Assembly (NCBI GenBank): GCA_963761505.1
Contig: CAVXGW010000014.1
Location: 94,449 to 158,448, forward strand
DNA length: 64,000 bases
Origin: an uncultured Thermoleophilaceae bacterium
GTDB taxonomy: Bacteria; Actinomycetota; Thermoleophilia; Solirubrobacterales; Thermoleophilaceae
Direction of reading: 5' to 3'
Shown: positions 45,584-55,120 of the stretch, piece by piece
How the letters are laid out: the number at the start of each line of letters is the position of its first letter
Position numbering within the stretch: position 1 is the first letter of the stretch
Program-made: the position numbers and the translations under genes
Notes under the pieces: model-generated
Seen by the model: only the letters and a program-made list of their open reading frames with translations
The model's database searches: none
Told to the model about the DNA's origin: nothing

Positions 45584-47356
45584 TCAGCGCTCCAGAGCGG
45601 AATCCGTGCCGCCCAGCGAGCCGGGACCGGCGTACGAGGCGGGCCCTCTGACCGAGGGCGTGGCGACCGTCTCCTCGCCCCCGGCACGCCCGCGGCGGAC
45701 TATCGCCAGCACCGATCCCAGCACGCCTCCGAGCGCGGCCCCGAGCAGCGTCATCGCCACTCCGATGTGGCCGCCGATCACCAGCAGCATCAGATACCAG
45801 GCGCCCGAGATCGGATCCAGCGACAAGCTCACGAGCACGTACACGCCCAGCAGCACGGGCAACAGCAGACCGGCGCCGACCATCGCCAGCCGGGCGCGCA
45901 GCGGCGGACCGGGATCCACCAGCGTCGCCAGGGTCCACAGGTGCAGGGCCGGCACCATCAGCAGCGCCGCGAAGGGATTTACCAGCCACAGGGCGAGCAC
46001 CGAGAGCGCCAGCACGAGCACCGTCGCGACCGCGGCGCCCGGCTGCGTGGGATCCGCCGCGCCCGGCTCGCGCCGCGCGGCCAGCGCGCGCAGCCCCAGC
46101 CAGGCCACGGTCGTGACACCCGCCACCGCCACCAGCGAGATCACGGCCCCGGCGTCGAGCGGATAGAGGTCCGGCGCCACCGGCGCCTCGGGCGCCTCGA
46201 CCACCGCGCCGGTGGCGCCGATCGTGCGCGCCAGCGCGAGCCCCAGGGTCAGCGCGAGCGCGCCCGCCCCGACCCACACGAGCCACGGGCTGACGGGCTC
46301 GCCGCGCCGCCGGGCGCGCGCGAAAGCGTCGATCGCCGCCACGAGCACCGGCACTATCAGCGCGATCGCCAGCAGCGAAGGCGCCCAGCCCGGCATCACC
46401 TGGCTCACGATCGTGATGTAGGTGGAGGGCCCGTGATCCGCCCGGGACCCCTGGTCCAGAGCCGTCACGGTTCGCAGCGCCGCCCTCCCGAGCCCTCCCA
46501 CGCGATCCGGATCGACCCGCTCCAGCGGCGTCTCGCCGGAGCCGCCCAGCTCGCCCGCCCCCGCGATGCGCACGGCGTCGAAACCGTTTTCGACCAGCAC
46601 CCCCTGCGCGCCGATCCCGATGGGGAAGGCCAGCCGCGCCAGCTGACCCACCGCGCTGGCGTCCTCGGCCACCTCGCCGAGCTCCTCGCGGATCGACTCC
46701 GCGGCCGTCCGCATCAGCCCGAGGCTCGGGCTGGTGGTGTCACCTGACCACCCGATCACCGCGGGACGTGCCGAGGACGGCTCGCCCAGGCCCGACACCA
46801 CGACGACGCCGTCGATCAGCTTCGGCGAGCCCAGCCGATCGGCGAGCCGCTTCGTGCCGACCTCTCCGAGCGTGGAGCCGTCGACCGAGGCGAGCACCAG
46901 GGTCTTGGCGGAGGGACGGCCCTCGAACACGCGCGCAAGCTCGATCAGGGCGGCGGTGTCCGCGGCGCTGCCGCCGGCGTCCGGGACGCCGGTGGCGTCC
47001 CGCGCGGCCACGATCACTATCTGCCGTTGCGTGCTGCCCGCCCGCCGGCCGATCACGTTCACCAGGTCGTCCGAGCCGCGGCTGAAGCGGTCGACCTCCA
47101 CCGTGAAGCCGCTGCCGCGGAAGCCGTCGACCACCCGCCGTGCCGTCGCGCGGTCGCCCGGTCGCCCCGCTCGGCGGTCCGGAGCGGCGTTCACGATCGC
47201 ACCGGTGGTCGTGACCGCGCTCTGCCCGGCGAACACCACGTCCGCGGGCAGTCCCTGGTCCAGCGGCGGCGGGCGGCTCTCCAGCGAGAACATCACCAGC
47301 ACGACCGCGAGCACGGCCGGGAGGAAGGCCGCCCGGTAAATCCGAGGCTCGAGCAC
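45584..47356 (-). CDS. M28-peptidase-like extracytoplasmic domain fused to a large polytopic membrane domain
   Basis: N-terminal TM. DDLVNVIGRRAGSTQRQIVIVAARDA..GSAADTAALIELARV...LVLASVDGSTLGEVG (M28-like). About 8 TM segments in the C-terminal half. Confidence 0.6.
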   Translation of the reverse strand: MLEPRIYRAAFLPAVLAVVLVMFSLESRPPPLDQGLPADVVFAGQSAVTTTGAIVNAAPDRRAGRPGDRATARRVVDGFRGSGFTVEVDRFSRGSDDLVNVIGRRAGSTQRQIVIVAARDATGVPDAGGSAADTAALIELARVFEGRPSAKTLVLASVDGSTLGEVGTKRLADRLGSPKLIDGVVVVSGLGEPSSARPAVIGWSGDTTSPSLGLMRTAAESIREELGEVAEDASAVGQLARLAFPIGIGAQGVLVENGFDAVRIAGAGELGGSGETPLERVDPDRVGGLGRAALRTVTALDQGSRADHGPSTYITIVSQVMPGWAPSLLAIALIVPVLVAAIDAFARARRRGEPVSPWLVWVGAGALALTLGLALARTIGATGAVVEAPEAPVAPDLYPLDAGAVISLVAVAGVTTVAWLGLRALAARREPGAADPTQPGAAVATVLVLALSVLALWLVNPFAALLMVPALHLWTLATLVDPGPPLRARLAMVGAGLLLPVLLGVYVLVSLSLDPISGAWYLMLLVIGGHIGVAMTLLGAALGGVLGSVLAIVRRGRAGGEETVATPSVRGPASYAGPGSLGGTDSALER

Positions 47357-47429
47357 ACTCGCAACCTACAATCCGGACAGGCAGCCGTTTACGGGCTCGC
47401 CACGACGGCGAGTCCGTCGGTTGGAATTC

Positions 47430-48131
47430 ATGGCCACGCAGGCCCCAAAGATCCTTCTAGTCGACGACGAGCACTCCGTTCAGAAGCTGCTCGCGTTTCC
47501 CCTGCGCCGGGAGGGCTACGAAGTCGTCTCCGCGCTGGACGGCCAGGAGGCGCTCGACCGGCTGCGCGACACCACCTTCGATCTGATCGTCCTGGACCTG
47601 ATGCTCCCCCACGTGGACGGCTTCGAGGTGTGCCGCCAGGTGCGGGCCCGCAGCTCCGTGCCGATCATCATGCTCACGGCGAAGACCGAGGAGATCGACA
47701 AGGTGCTCGGGCTCGAGCTGGGCGCCGACGACTACATCACCAAGCCGTTCTCGGTGCGCGAGTTCCGCAGCCGCGTGAAGGCGGTCCTGCGCCGGGCGGC
47801 GCTGTCCCGGGCCGAGGAGCCCGGGCTGCCACCGCTCGAGGACGGCGACCTGAGGATCGACTTCGACAAGCGGGCGGTCACGCTCGCCGGGGAGACGGTG
47901 CGGCTGACCTACGTCGAATTCGAGATCCTCACGGCGCTCGCGCGCAACCCCGGCCGCGTCTACAACCGGATGATCCTGCTGGAGCGGGTCTGGGGCGACG
48001 CCTCCTACCGGGACCCGCGCACCGTGGACGTGCACATCCGCCACCTCCGCGAGAAGCTCGAGCGCGACGCCAAGAACCCGGAGCTGATCCAGACCGTGCG
48101 CGGCGTCGGCTACCGGTATCGAGACCGATGA
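47430..48131 (+). CDS. OmpR/PhoB-family response regulator
   Basis: KILLVDDE, DLIVLDLMLPHVDG, MLTAK, GADDYITKPF, wHTH LTYVEFEILTAL...TVDVHIRHLREKL...VRGVGYR. Confidence 0.9.
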   Translation: MATQAPKILLVDDEHSVQKLLAFPLRREGYEVVSALDGQEALDRLRDTTFDLIVLDLMLPHVDGFEVCRQVRARSSVPIIMLTAKTEEIDKVLGLELGADDYITKPFSVREFRSRVKAVLRRAALSRAEEPGLPPLEDGDLRIDFDKRAVTLAGETVRLTYVEFEILTALARNPGRVYNRMILLERVWGDASYRDPRTVDVHIRHLREKLERDAKNPELIQTVRGVGYRYRDR

Positions 48132-49558
48132 TCCCGCGCGTCCTCCGCCTGCGCACGCTGCGCAACAAGATCGCCCTCGTCTTCTTCGCGATCACGCTCG
48201 CCGCCTTCTCGGTCATCTACTTCTACTTCGTCCCCCAGCTCGAGTCGAACCTCGAGGAGCGCAAGCTCGACGACCTGGAGCTGGTGGCCAAGGGCTCGGA
48301 GGCCGAGCTCGAGAGCCTGATGGGCCGTGGCGACGTGACCGCGGGAGAGGTCGACCGCCGTGTTCGCGCCACGGCCGACGCCGCCGGCTCCCGTGTGACC
48401 CTGCTCGGGATCCAGCAGTCCGGGGCCGACGAGCGGCCGCCCGGCGAGCTGCGCTTCTTCGTGATCACCGACTCCCGCGAGGAGCGCAAGGTTCCCGAGA
48501 ACGCGGGTCTGGTCGCACGCGCCGCGATCTCACGCAAGCTCGTGCGCGGCGACGGGTCGCTCGGCGGCGAGAAGCTCGGCGAGATCGCTCAGCCGCTCTC
48601 CTACCAGGGGCAGGTCGACTGGGTGGCGCTGTACTCGCGCAGCTTCGACGACGTGGCGGAGACCGTGTCGTTCATCCGCGGGCGCCTGCTCGGCGCCACC
48701 GCGGTGGCCCTCCTGGTGGCGCTGATCGGCGGCTATCTGGTGGCGGGCGCGCTGTCGCGACGGGTGCGGCGGCTCGAGAAGGGCGCCGAGGAGGTGGCGG
48801 CCGGCCGCTTCATCGATCCGCTGCCGGTGGACTCCGAGGACGAGCTGGGCCAGCTCACCCGCACGTTCAACGAGATGCAGCACCAGCTGCGCCAGGTGGA
48901 CGTGGCGCGCAAGGAGTTCGTCGCCACCGCCTCCCACGAGCTGCGCACGCCGATCTTCTCGCTCGGCGGCTTCGTCGAGCTGCTCAGCGACGAGGAGCTC
49001 GACGAGGAGACGCGGCGCGAGTTCCTCGACACGATGGCCGAGCAGGTCGAGCGCCTGCAGAAGCTGGCCGTGGACCTGCTGGACCTCTCCCGCCTCGACG
49101 CCGGCTCGGTGGACCTGGAGCGGGAGCCGGTGGACCTGTCCGAGCTGACGCGCGAGATCCTGGGCGAGTTCAAGCCGGCCGTGACCCGTCACGAGACGGA
49201 GCTGGACCTGCGGCTCCCGGCACGGATCAAGGCCAGCTGTGACCGTGAACGGGTGGCTCAGATCATGCGTATCCTGCTCGACAATGCGCTCCGCCACACC
49301 CCCGAGGGCACGCACGTGACGATCTCCTCGAGCCGCGCCAACGGCGCCGCCTCGGTCACCGTGGCGGACGACGGCCCCGGCCTGCCGGACGGGCGCCAGG
49401 TGTTCGACCGCTTCTACACCGGCGATGCCGCCCGCGGCGCCGGCCTGGGGCTGGCGATCGCGCAGGAGCTCGCCGAGCGGATGGACGGCAGCCTGCGGGC
49501 CGAGGGCCGCTCGCGCGGGTCGGCCTTCACGCTCGAGCTGCCGGCGGCCGGCCGGTGA
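48128..49558 (+). CDS. Sensor histidine kinase (2 TM, HAMP, HisKA, HATPase_c)
   Basis: HAMP ...ELGQLTRTFNEM, H-box FVATASHELRTPI, N-box LLDNALRHT, G-boxes DDGPGL and GAGLGLAIAQEL. ATGA overlap with the response regulator gene. Confidence 0.9.
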   Translation: MIPRVLRLRTLRNKIALVFFAITLAAFSVIYFYFVPQLESNLEERKLDDLELVAKGSEAELESLMGRGDVTAGEVDRRVRATADAAGSRVTLLGIQQSGADERPPGELRFFVITDSREERKVPENAGLVARAAISRKLVRGDGSLGGEKLGEIAQPLSYQGQVDWVALYSRSFDDVAETVSFIRGRLLGATAVALLVALIGGYLVAGALSRRVRRLEKGAEEVAAGRFIDPLPVDSEDELGQLTRTFNEMQHQLRQVDVARKEFVATASHELRTPIFSLGGFVELLSDEELDEETRREFLDTMAEQVERLQKLAVDLLDLSRLDAGSVDLEREPVDLSELTREILGEFKPAVTRHETELDLRLPARIKASCDRERVAQIMRILLDNALRHTPEGTHVTISSSRANGAASVTVADDGPGLPDGRQVFDRFYTGDAARGAGLGLAIAQELAERMDGSLRAEGRSRGSAFTLELPAAGR

Positions 49559-50739
49559 GGCCCCTCACAGCGATCCTTGCGGCGAGCGCGCTCGCCGTGG
49601 CCGGGTGCAGCGACGACGATTCGGGCGGCTCGGATTCCCAGCCCGTGGCGGAGCGGACGACCACCACCAGGGTCGAGGTGGTCAAGGGCCTCGGCGACAA
49701 GGGCCGGTTCGACGCCTCCGCCCTGTACAGGCGGCTGTCTCCCGGCGTGGTCACGGTGATCTCGATCTTCGGCGACGGCGGCGCCTCCATCCTGCGCGGA
49801 GACGACGGCGGCGAGGGCGGCCAGGGCTCGGGCTTCGTGCTCGACGGAGAGGGCTACATCGCGACCAACGCGCACGTGGTGACCACGGGCGCGCCGCCGA
49901 AGGCCAAGCGCGCGAAGGACGTGTTCGTGGAGCTCTCCGACAGCAACCGTGTCGAGGCCAAGATCGTGGGCACCGACCCCAACGCCGACGTCGCGCTGCT
50001 GAAGATCGACCCAGGCGGCCTCAAGCTCACCCCCGTCGCGCTCGGCCACTCCAAGGACCTGGTGGTGGGCACCCCCGTGGCTGCCATCGGCAGTCCCTTC
50101 GGCGAGCGCCAGTCGCTGTCGGTCGGCGTGATCTCCGCGCTCGACCGCAACATCGAGTCGCTCACCCAGTTCTCCATCGGCGACGCGATCCAGACCGACG
50201 CCGCGATCAACCCCGGCAACTCGGGCGGCCCGCTGCTCAGCGCCGAGGGTGAGGTGCTCGGGATCAACTCGCAGATCAAGTCCACCAGCGGCGGCGGCGA
50301 GGGCGTTGGCTTCGCCGTGCCGGTGGACACGGTGCGCCGGTCGCTCCGCGAGCTGCGCGCGGACGGCAAGGTCGACTACGGGTATCTCGGCGTGACCTCA
50401 CAGCCGCTGTACCCACAGCTCGCCGAGCGCCTGGACCTGCCCACCGACACCGGCGCGCTGATCGTGCAGGTCCAGGACGGCAGCCCCGCCGACGACGCCG
50501 GCCTGAAGGCGGGCGGGGACAAGATCGAGTTCCAGGGACAGCCCGACATCCCCTCGGACGGCGACGTGGTTCTGGCCGTGGACGGGCGCAAGCTCACCCG
50601 CGAGTCCGACCTGGCCGACCTGATCAGCTCCCGTTCCGCCGGGGACGAGGTGGAGCTCGAGGTCTACCGCGACGGCGACCGGCGCAACGTGAAGGTGAAG
50701 CTCGGGGCTCGTCCCGAGCGCTCTCCCGAGCGGCGCTGA
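49555..50739 (+). CDS. HtrA/DegP-family trypsin-like serine protease lipoprotein with a PDZ domain
   Basis: Lipobox LAVAGCSDD. Catalytic ATNAHVV, DVALLKI, GNSGGPLL. PDZ LGVTSQPL...GALIVQVQDGSPADDAGLKAGGD. Confidence 0.9.
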   Translation: MRPLTAILAASALAVAGCSDDDSGGSDSQPVAERTTTTRVEVVKGLGDKGRFDASALYRRLSPGVVTVISIFGDGGASILRGDDGGEGGQGSGFVLDGEGYIATNAHVVTTGAPPKAKRAKDVFVELSDSNRVEAKIVGTDPNADVALLKIDPGGLKLTPVALGHSKDLVVGTPVAAIGSPFGERQSLSVGVISALDRNIESLTQFSIGDAIQTDAAINPGNSGGPLLSAEGEVLGINSQIKSTSGGGEGVGFAVPVDTVRRSLRELRADGKVDYGYLGVTSQPLYPQLAERLDLPTDTGALIVQVQDGSPADDAGLKAGGDKIEFQGQPDIPSDGDVVLAVDGRKLTRESDLADLISSRSAGDEVELEVYRDGDRRNVKVKLGARPERSPERR

Positions 50740-50744
50740 GCGGC

Positions 50745-51659
50745 GTGCGCGACCTCGTCCGCGGGCTCGCGGTCGCCCTGCGCGACCAGGTGCTCCCGTC
50801 GCTGGGCTCCCATGCCGCGCGGGCCCACGACGCCGAGGCCGCGGGCGGTGACGTGACATTCGCCATCGACGCCGCCGCGGAGGACTTCCTTGAGGAATGG
50901 CTGGCCGCGAACGCGCCGGACGTGGCCTTCTTCTCTGAGGACCGTGGGCTGGTCGCGCCCGAGGGGGAGGCGCGCACGGTGCTCGTGGTCGACCCGATCG
51001 ACGGCACCCGCCCCGCGCTGGCGGGACTCGAGTCGTGCTGCGTCTCCGTGGCCGCCGCGCCGCTCGACGGCGAGCCCTCGATGGCGGACGTGAGCGCCGC
51101 GTGCGTGGTCGAGATCCCGAGCGGCGCCGTCTACCTGGCCGAACGGGGCAGCGGGATCCTCGAGTCGCCGCCCGTGCGGCTGTCCGCCAACCGGCGCCTC
51201 GACCGGATGTTCTGGACCTACGGCTTCCGCGGGCGCCCCGCGCGTGCGCTCACCGAGGTGCTGTGCGAGCTGATCGACGCGTCATCGGTCGGGGGCGGCA
51301 CCTTCGAGCTGGGCTCCGCCGCCTTCGACTCGATGTGCGTGGTCACCGGGAGGCTCGACGCGTACGTGGAGCCGGGGCCGCGGATGGTGGCCGACGTGCC
51401 CGGGATGCGCGAGCAATTCGAGCACGTCGGCGGCGGGGCGGTGCTGAACAACACGCCCTACGACCTCGCCGCCTCGGTGCTGATCCTGGAGGAGGCCGGT
51501 GCGGTCGTGACCGACGCCTACGGCGCTCCACTGGGGCCAAACCGGCTGCTCGGCTCGGGTGCGGAGTTCCAGATGTCGATCGTCGCGAGCGCCAACCGCC
51601 CACTCCACGACCTGCTCCTGAACGAGATCGAGCAGGGCATCTCCCGCCTACTTGGGTAA
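50745..51659 (+). CDS. Inositol monophosphatase / FBPase-like phosphatase family protein
   Basis: FFSEDRG, VVDPIDGTRP, GSAAFDSMCVVTGRLDAYVE. Confidence 0.75.
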   Translation: MRDLVRGLAVALRDQVLPSLGSHAARAHDAEAAGGDVTFAIDAAAEDFLEEWLAANAPDVAFFSEDRGLVAPEGEARTVLVVDPIDGTRPALAGLESCCVSVAAAPLDGEPSMADVSAACVVEIPSGAVYLAERGSGILESPPVRLSANRRLDRMFWTYGFRGRPARALTEVLCELIDASSVGGGTFELGSAAFDSMCVVTGRLDAYVEPGPRMVADVPGMREQFEHVGGGAVLNNTPYDLAASVLILEEAGAVVTDAYGAPLGPNRLLGSGAEFQMSIVASANRPLHDLLLNEIEQGISRLLG

Positions 51660-51671
51660 CGTGCCCGCGGG

Positions 51672-52031
51672 ATGGACGCCCAGAGCCGCGATGTGTCCCT
51701 AACGATCCCGGCCAAGCCGGGTTACCTCGTGCTGGCAAGGCTCGCGCTCTCCGCCGTCTGCCGGCTCACGCCGCTGGACTCCACGGAGGTCGCGGACCTC
51801 AAGCTGGCGGTCACCGAGGCCGCCAACGACTTCGTGGACGAGGAGACCGGTGAGGACGAGCAGGTGGACTTCGACTTCAGGCTCCACGAGGACAAGCTGG
51901 TCCTCCAGCTCGAGGGCACGGGCGCGAGCCCGGCGCCGATGGAGCAGGAGCTGTCGCGCGCGATCATCGAGGCAACGGTCGACGAATCGACCTTCGCCCC
52001 TGGTCGCACGGTGCTGGTGAAGCGTCTCTGA
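51672..52031 (+). CDS. Small RsbW-like (anti-sigma regulatory factor / GHKL ATPase-like) protein, apparently degenerate
   Basis: LTIPAKPGYLVLARLALSAVCRLTPLDSTEVADLKLAVTEAANDFV follows the RsbW/SpoIIAB N-terminal pattern. At 119 aa it is short, and its G-boxes are weak (LEGTGAS). TGATG overlap with the next gene. Confidence 0.55.
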   Translation: MDAQSRDVSLTIPAKPGYLVLARLALSAVCRLTPLDSTEVADLKLAVTEAANDFVDEETGEDEQVDFDFRLHEDKLVLQLEGTGASPAPMEQELSRAIIEATVDESTFAPGRTVLVKRL

Positions 52032-53263
52032 TGCTGCAGCCGATCGCGGCCGGCCAGAAGAGCCTGGCCGACTACACCCATGTGGCGGGCAAGCCGCTCA
52101 CCGAGGAGATCCGCGAGCTCGCGTCCGAGCTGGAGGGGCTGAAGGTCCTCCACCTCTCGGCCACCGCGTTCGGCGGCGGTGTCTCGGAGATCCTCTACAC
52201 GCTCGTGCCGCTGATGAAGGACGTGGGCCTGGACGTGGAGTGGCAGGTGATGGTCGGCCGCGAGGAGTTCTACAACGTCACCAAGCTGCTCCACAACGCG
52301 CTCCAGGGCAACCCCCAGGGCCTCACCCCCGAGCAGTGGCAGATCTTCGCCACCTACAACGAGCTGAACGCCCGCGAGCTGAGCGACGGCTGGGACGTGG
52401 TCATCGTCCACGACCCCCAGCCGGCGGCGATCCACCAGCTCGCCGAGGAGAAGGCGCGGAACTGGGTGTGGCGCTGCCACATCGACCTCTCCACCCCCAA
52501 CCCGACCGCGCTCGAGCGGCTCGTGCCGCTGGTGCGCTCCTACGACAGCTCGGTCTTTCACCTGCAGGAGTACGTGCCCGCCGGGATGGACGGCCAGCCC
52601 GTGCACATCTGCCCGCCCGCGATCGACCCGCTCTCGCCCAAGAACATGGCGTTCTCCCCCGAGGACGCCGCGTACGTGTGCGACCAATTCGGCATCGACG
52701 TGGACCGGCCGCTGCTGTGCCAGGTCTCGCGCTTCGATCCATGGAAGGACCCCATGGGCGTGATCGACGCCTACGTCCTGGTCAAGAGGGAGATGCCCGA
52801 GGTGCAGCTCGCCCTGATCGGGTCGATGGCCACCGACGACCCCGAGGGCTGGGAGTTCTTCAACCAGACCCTGGCCCATGCCGAGGGCGATCCCGACATC
52901 CACATCCTCAACAACCTCAACAACGTCGGCGCCATCGAGGTGAACGCGTTCCAGTCCCAGGCCGACGTGGTGATCCAGAAGTCCACCCGAGAGGGCTTCG
53001 GCCTCACCGTCACCGAGGCGCTGTGGAAGGCACGCCCGTTCATCGGCGGGGACGTGGGCGGCATCCCGCTGCAGGTAGAGGACGGGCGAACCGGGTATCT
53101 CGTCTCCTCGCCTGAGGAGTGCGCCGACCGGGCACTGCGCATCCTGCGCGAGCCCGATCTCGGCAAGCGCCTCGGCCGCGCCGGGAAGGAGCATGTGCGG
53201 GCGCACTTCCTCACCCCCCGCCTGCTGCGGGACTGGCTGCGTATCTTCAAAGACCTGCAATGA
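52031..53263 (+). CDS. GT4 glycosyltransferase, TreT-like (trehalose glycosyltransferring synthase)
   Basis: LHLSATAFGGGVSEILYTLVPLM, VIVHDPQP, SRFDPWKDPMGVIDAY, QKSTREGFGLTVTEALWKARPFIGGDVGGIPLQ (EX7E). The overall architecture is as I recall for TreT. Confidence 0.7.
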   Translation: MLQPIAAGQKSLADYTHVAGKPLTEEIRELASELEGLKVLHLSATAFGGGVSEILYTLVPLMKDVGLDVEWQVMVGREEFYNVTKLLHNALQGNPQGLTPEQWQIFATYNELNARELSDGWDVVIVHDPQPAAIHQLAEEKARNWVWRCHIDLSTPNPTALERLVPLVRSYDSSVFHLQEYVPAGMDGQPVHICPPAIDPLSPKNMAFSPEDAAYVCDQFGIDVDRPLLCQVSRFDPWKDPMGVIDAYVLVKREMPEVQLALIGSMATDDPEGWEFFNQTLAHAEGDPDIHILNNLNNVGAIEVNAFQSQADVVIQKSTREGFGLTVTEALWKARPFIGGDVGGIPLQVEDGRTGYLVSSPEECADRALRILREPDLGKRLGRAGKEHVRAHFLTPRLLRDWLRIFKDLQ

Positions 53264-54768
53264 CCGCGGAACCCCAACTGGTCCTCGTCTCGAACCGCGG
53301 CCCCGCCACGTTCGAGCGATCGGACTCGGGGGAGCTCGTTCCCAGCCGCGGCGGAGGTGGCCTGGTCACCGCGCTCACCGGCCTGGTGAACCACCGAGAT
53401 GCGCTGTGGATCGCCTCGACGATGTCGGAGGCGGACGCCGACGCCGCGCGCGAGCACGGCGGCGGGGCCTTCGACTGCGAGCTCGACGGGGTCACCTACC
53501 GGATCCGCCTCGTGGAGTCAGACCCGGACGCCTACGAGCAGTTCTACAACGTGGTGGCCAACCCGATGCTGTGGTTCATCCAGCACTACCTCTGGGACCT
53601 GAGCAACGCGCCGGACATCCGCCGCGAGGAGGTGGAGGCCTACGAGGAGGGCTACCGCGTCGTGAACCGGGACCTGGCGAACGCCGTGATCGAGGAGATC
53701 GAAGGCGCCGAGGCGCCCGTGGTGATGCTCCACGACTACCACCTGTACAACGCGCCCAGGTTCATCCGCGAGGCGCGCCCCGACGCGTTCCTGCACCACT
53801 TCGTCCACATCCCGTGGACCCAGCCCGACGCCTGGCGGGTGCTCCCGCGGGACATGCGCGAGGACCTCTTCGAGGGCATCCTCGCCAACGACATCGTGGC
53901 CTTCCACACCCGCGCCTACCGGCGCAACTTCCTGCTCTGCTGCCGCGACCTGTTCGACCTCGACGTGGACGAGGAGGCGGGAATCGTCCGGATCGACGAC
54001 CGCGAGGTGTGGGTGCGCGCCTACCCCCTCCCGATCTCCGCCGAGACCTTCCGGCGCAACGCCCAGCGCGCGGCGGTGCACGAGTACGAGCGCAAGATCC
54101 TCCGCCGTAGGCGCGAGCACCTGATCCTGCGGGTGGACCGTGCGGATTTGTCCAAGAACATTCTCCGCGGCTTCGCCGCCTTCGACCTCTTCCTCGAGCA
54201 GCACCCCGAGTTCCTCGAGCACGTCACCTTCATCGCCCACCTCATCCCGTCCCGCCAGGACGTGGCCGAGTACGCCGAGTACCTGGAGCGGATCGAGGCG
54301 CTGGTGGCCGTGGTCAACCACCGCCACGGCACCACCGACTGGATGCCGATCGAGCTGCGCCTGCGGGAGAACCTCGAGGAGGCGATCGCCGCGTACAAGC
54401 ACTACGACCTCCTGATGGTCAACGCGATGTTCGACGGCATGAACCTGATCGCGAAGGAGGGCCCGCTCGTCAACGAGCGCCACGGCGTGTCGCTGCTCTC
54501 CGAGAACACCGGCGCCCACGAGGAGCTGGCCGAGTTCGCGCTGTCGGTGAACCCGTTCGACATCCAGGAGCAGGCCGACGCCATCCACCGCGCCCTCACC
54601 ATGTCGGCCGACGAGCGGTCCTGGCGGGCGGAGGGGCTGGAGCGGATCGTCGAGGCGCGCAATCCCGGGGACTGGGTCGACGACCAGCTGGCCGATATCG
54701 AGGAAAAACGGCAGGCCTCGGGCCTCGGGCCTCAGGCCTCGGGGGCTAGGGCGCGGGATCGGGCGTGA
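53260..54768 (+). CDS. otsA: Alpha,alpha-trehalose-phosphate synthase (GT20, OtsA)
   Basis: LVLVSNRGP, GGLVTAL, NPMLWFIQHYLWD, LHDYHL, FHTRAY, LRVDRADLSKNI, MFDGMNLIAKE. ATGA overlap with the TreT-like gene. Confidence 0.85.
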   Translation: MTAEPQLVLVSNRGPATFERSDSGELVPSRGGGGLVTALTGLVNHRDALWIASTMSEADADAAREHGGGAFDCELDGVTYRIRLVESDPDAYEQFYNVVANPMLWFIQHYLWDLSNAPDIRREEVEAYEEGYRVVNRDLANAVIEEIEGAEAPVVMLHDYHLYNAPRFIREARPDAFLHHFVHIPWTQPDAWRVLPRDMREDLFEGILANDIVAFHTRAYRRNFLLCCRDLFDLDVDEEAGIVRIDDREVWVRAYPLPISAETFRRNAQRAAVHEYERKILRRRREHLILRVDRADLSKNILRGFAAFDLFLEQHPEFLEHVTFIAHLIPSRQDVAEYAEYLERIEALVAVVNHRHGTTDWMPIELRLRENLEEAIAAYKHYDLLMVNAMFDGMNLIAKEGPLVNERHGVSLLSENTGAHEELAEFALSVNPFDIQEQADAIHRALTMSADERSWRAEGLERIVEARNPGDWVDDQLADIEEKRQASGLGPQASGARARDRA

Positions 54769-55120
54769 ACTCGCCGGTTTGCTGCGGCGCGATTGCCCGC
54801 GGCGCCGGCGCGGCCGGCTGCGTGTAGTGCCTCCGCGGCGCCATCGGCCTCGGCTCCACCCGCCTGTATCGCCTCGGCTCTGGCCTGGGCCTGCGCTGCG
54901 GTTTCGGCCTACGCTCGGGCTTCGGCGCCGGCTTTGGCTCTGGCGCCGGCTTCGGCGGCTCAGGCGGCTTCGGGACCGCCAGGCGCGGCGGCTCCGCGAC
55001 GGGCTCCGGCGGTGGCGGGGCGGGGGCACCTGAGCCGCGCAGCGCCAGGACCACGGCGGCCAGCAGCGCCGCCAGCATGCCCACGTTCCCCCATCTCACC
55101 CGGCCCACGAATCCGCCCAT
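54746..55120 (-). CDS. Proline-rich single-pass membrane protein (hypothetical)
   Basis: N-terminal TM VGMLAALLAAVVLAL followed by PEPPKPAPEPKPAPKPERRPKP. Overlaps the otsA 3' end by 23 nt. Confidence 0.4.
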   Translation of the reverse strand: MGGFVGRVRWGNVGMLAALLAAVVLALRGSGAPAPPPPEPVAEPPRLAVPKPPEPPKPAPEPKPAPKPERRPKPQRRPRPEPRRYRRVEPRPMAPRRHYTQPAAPAPRAIAPQQTGEFTPDPAP

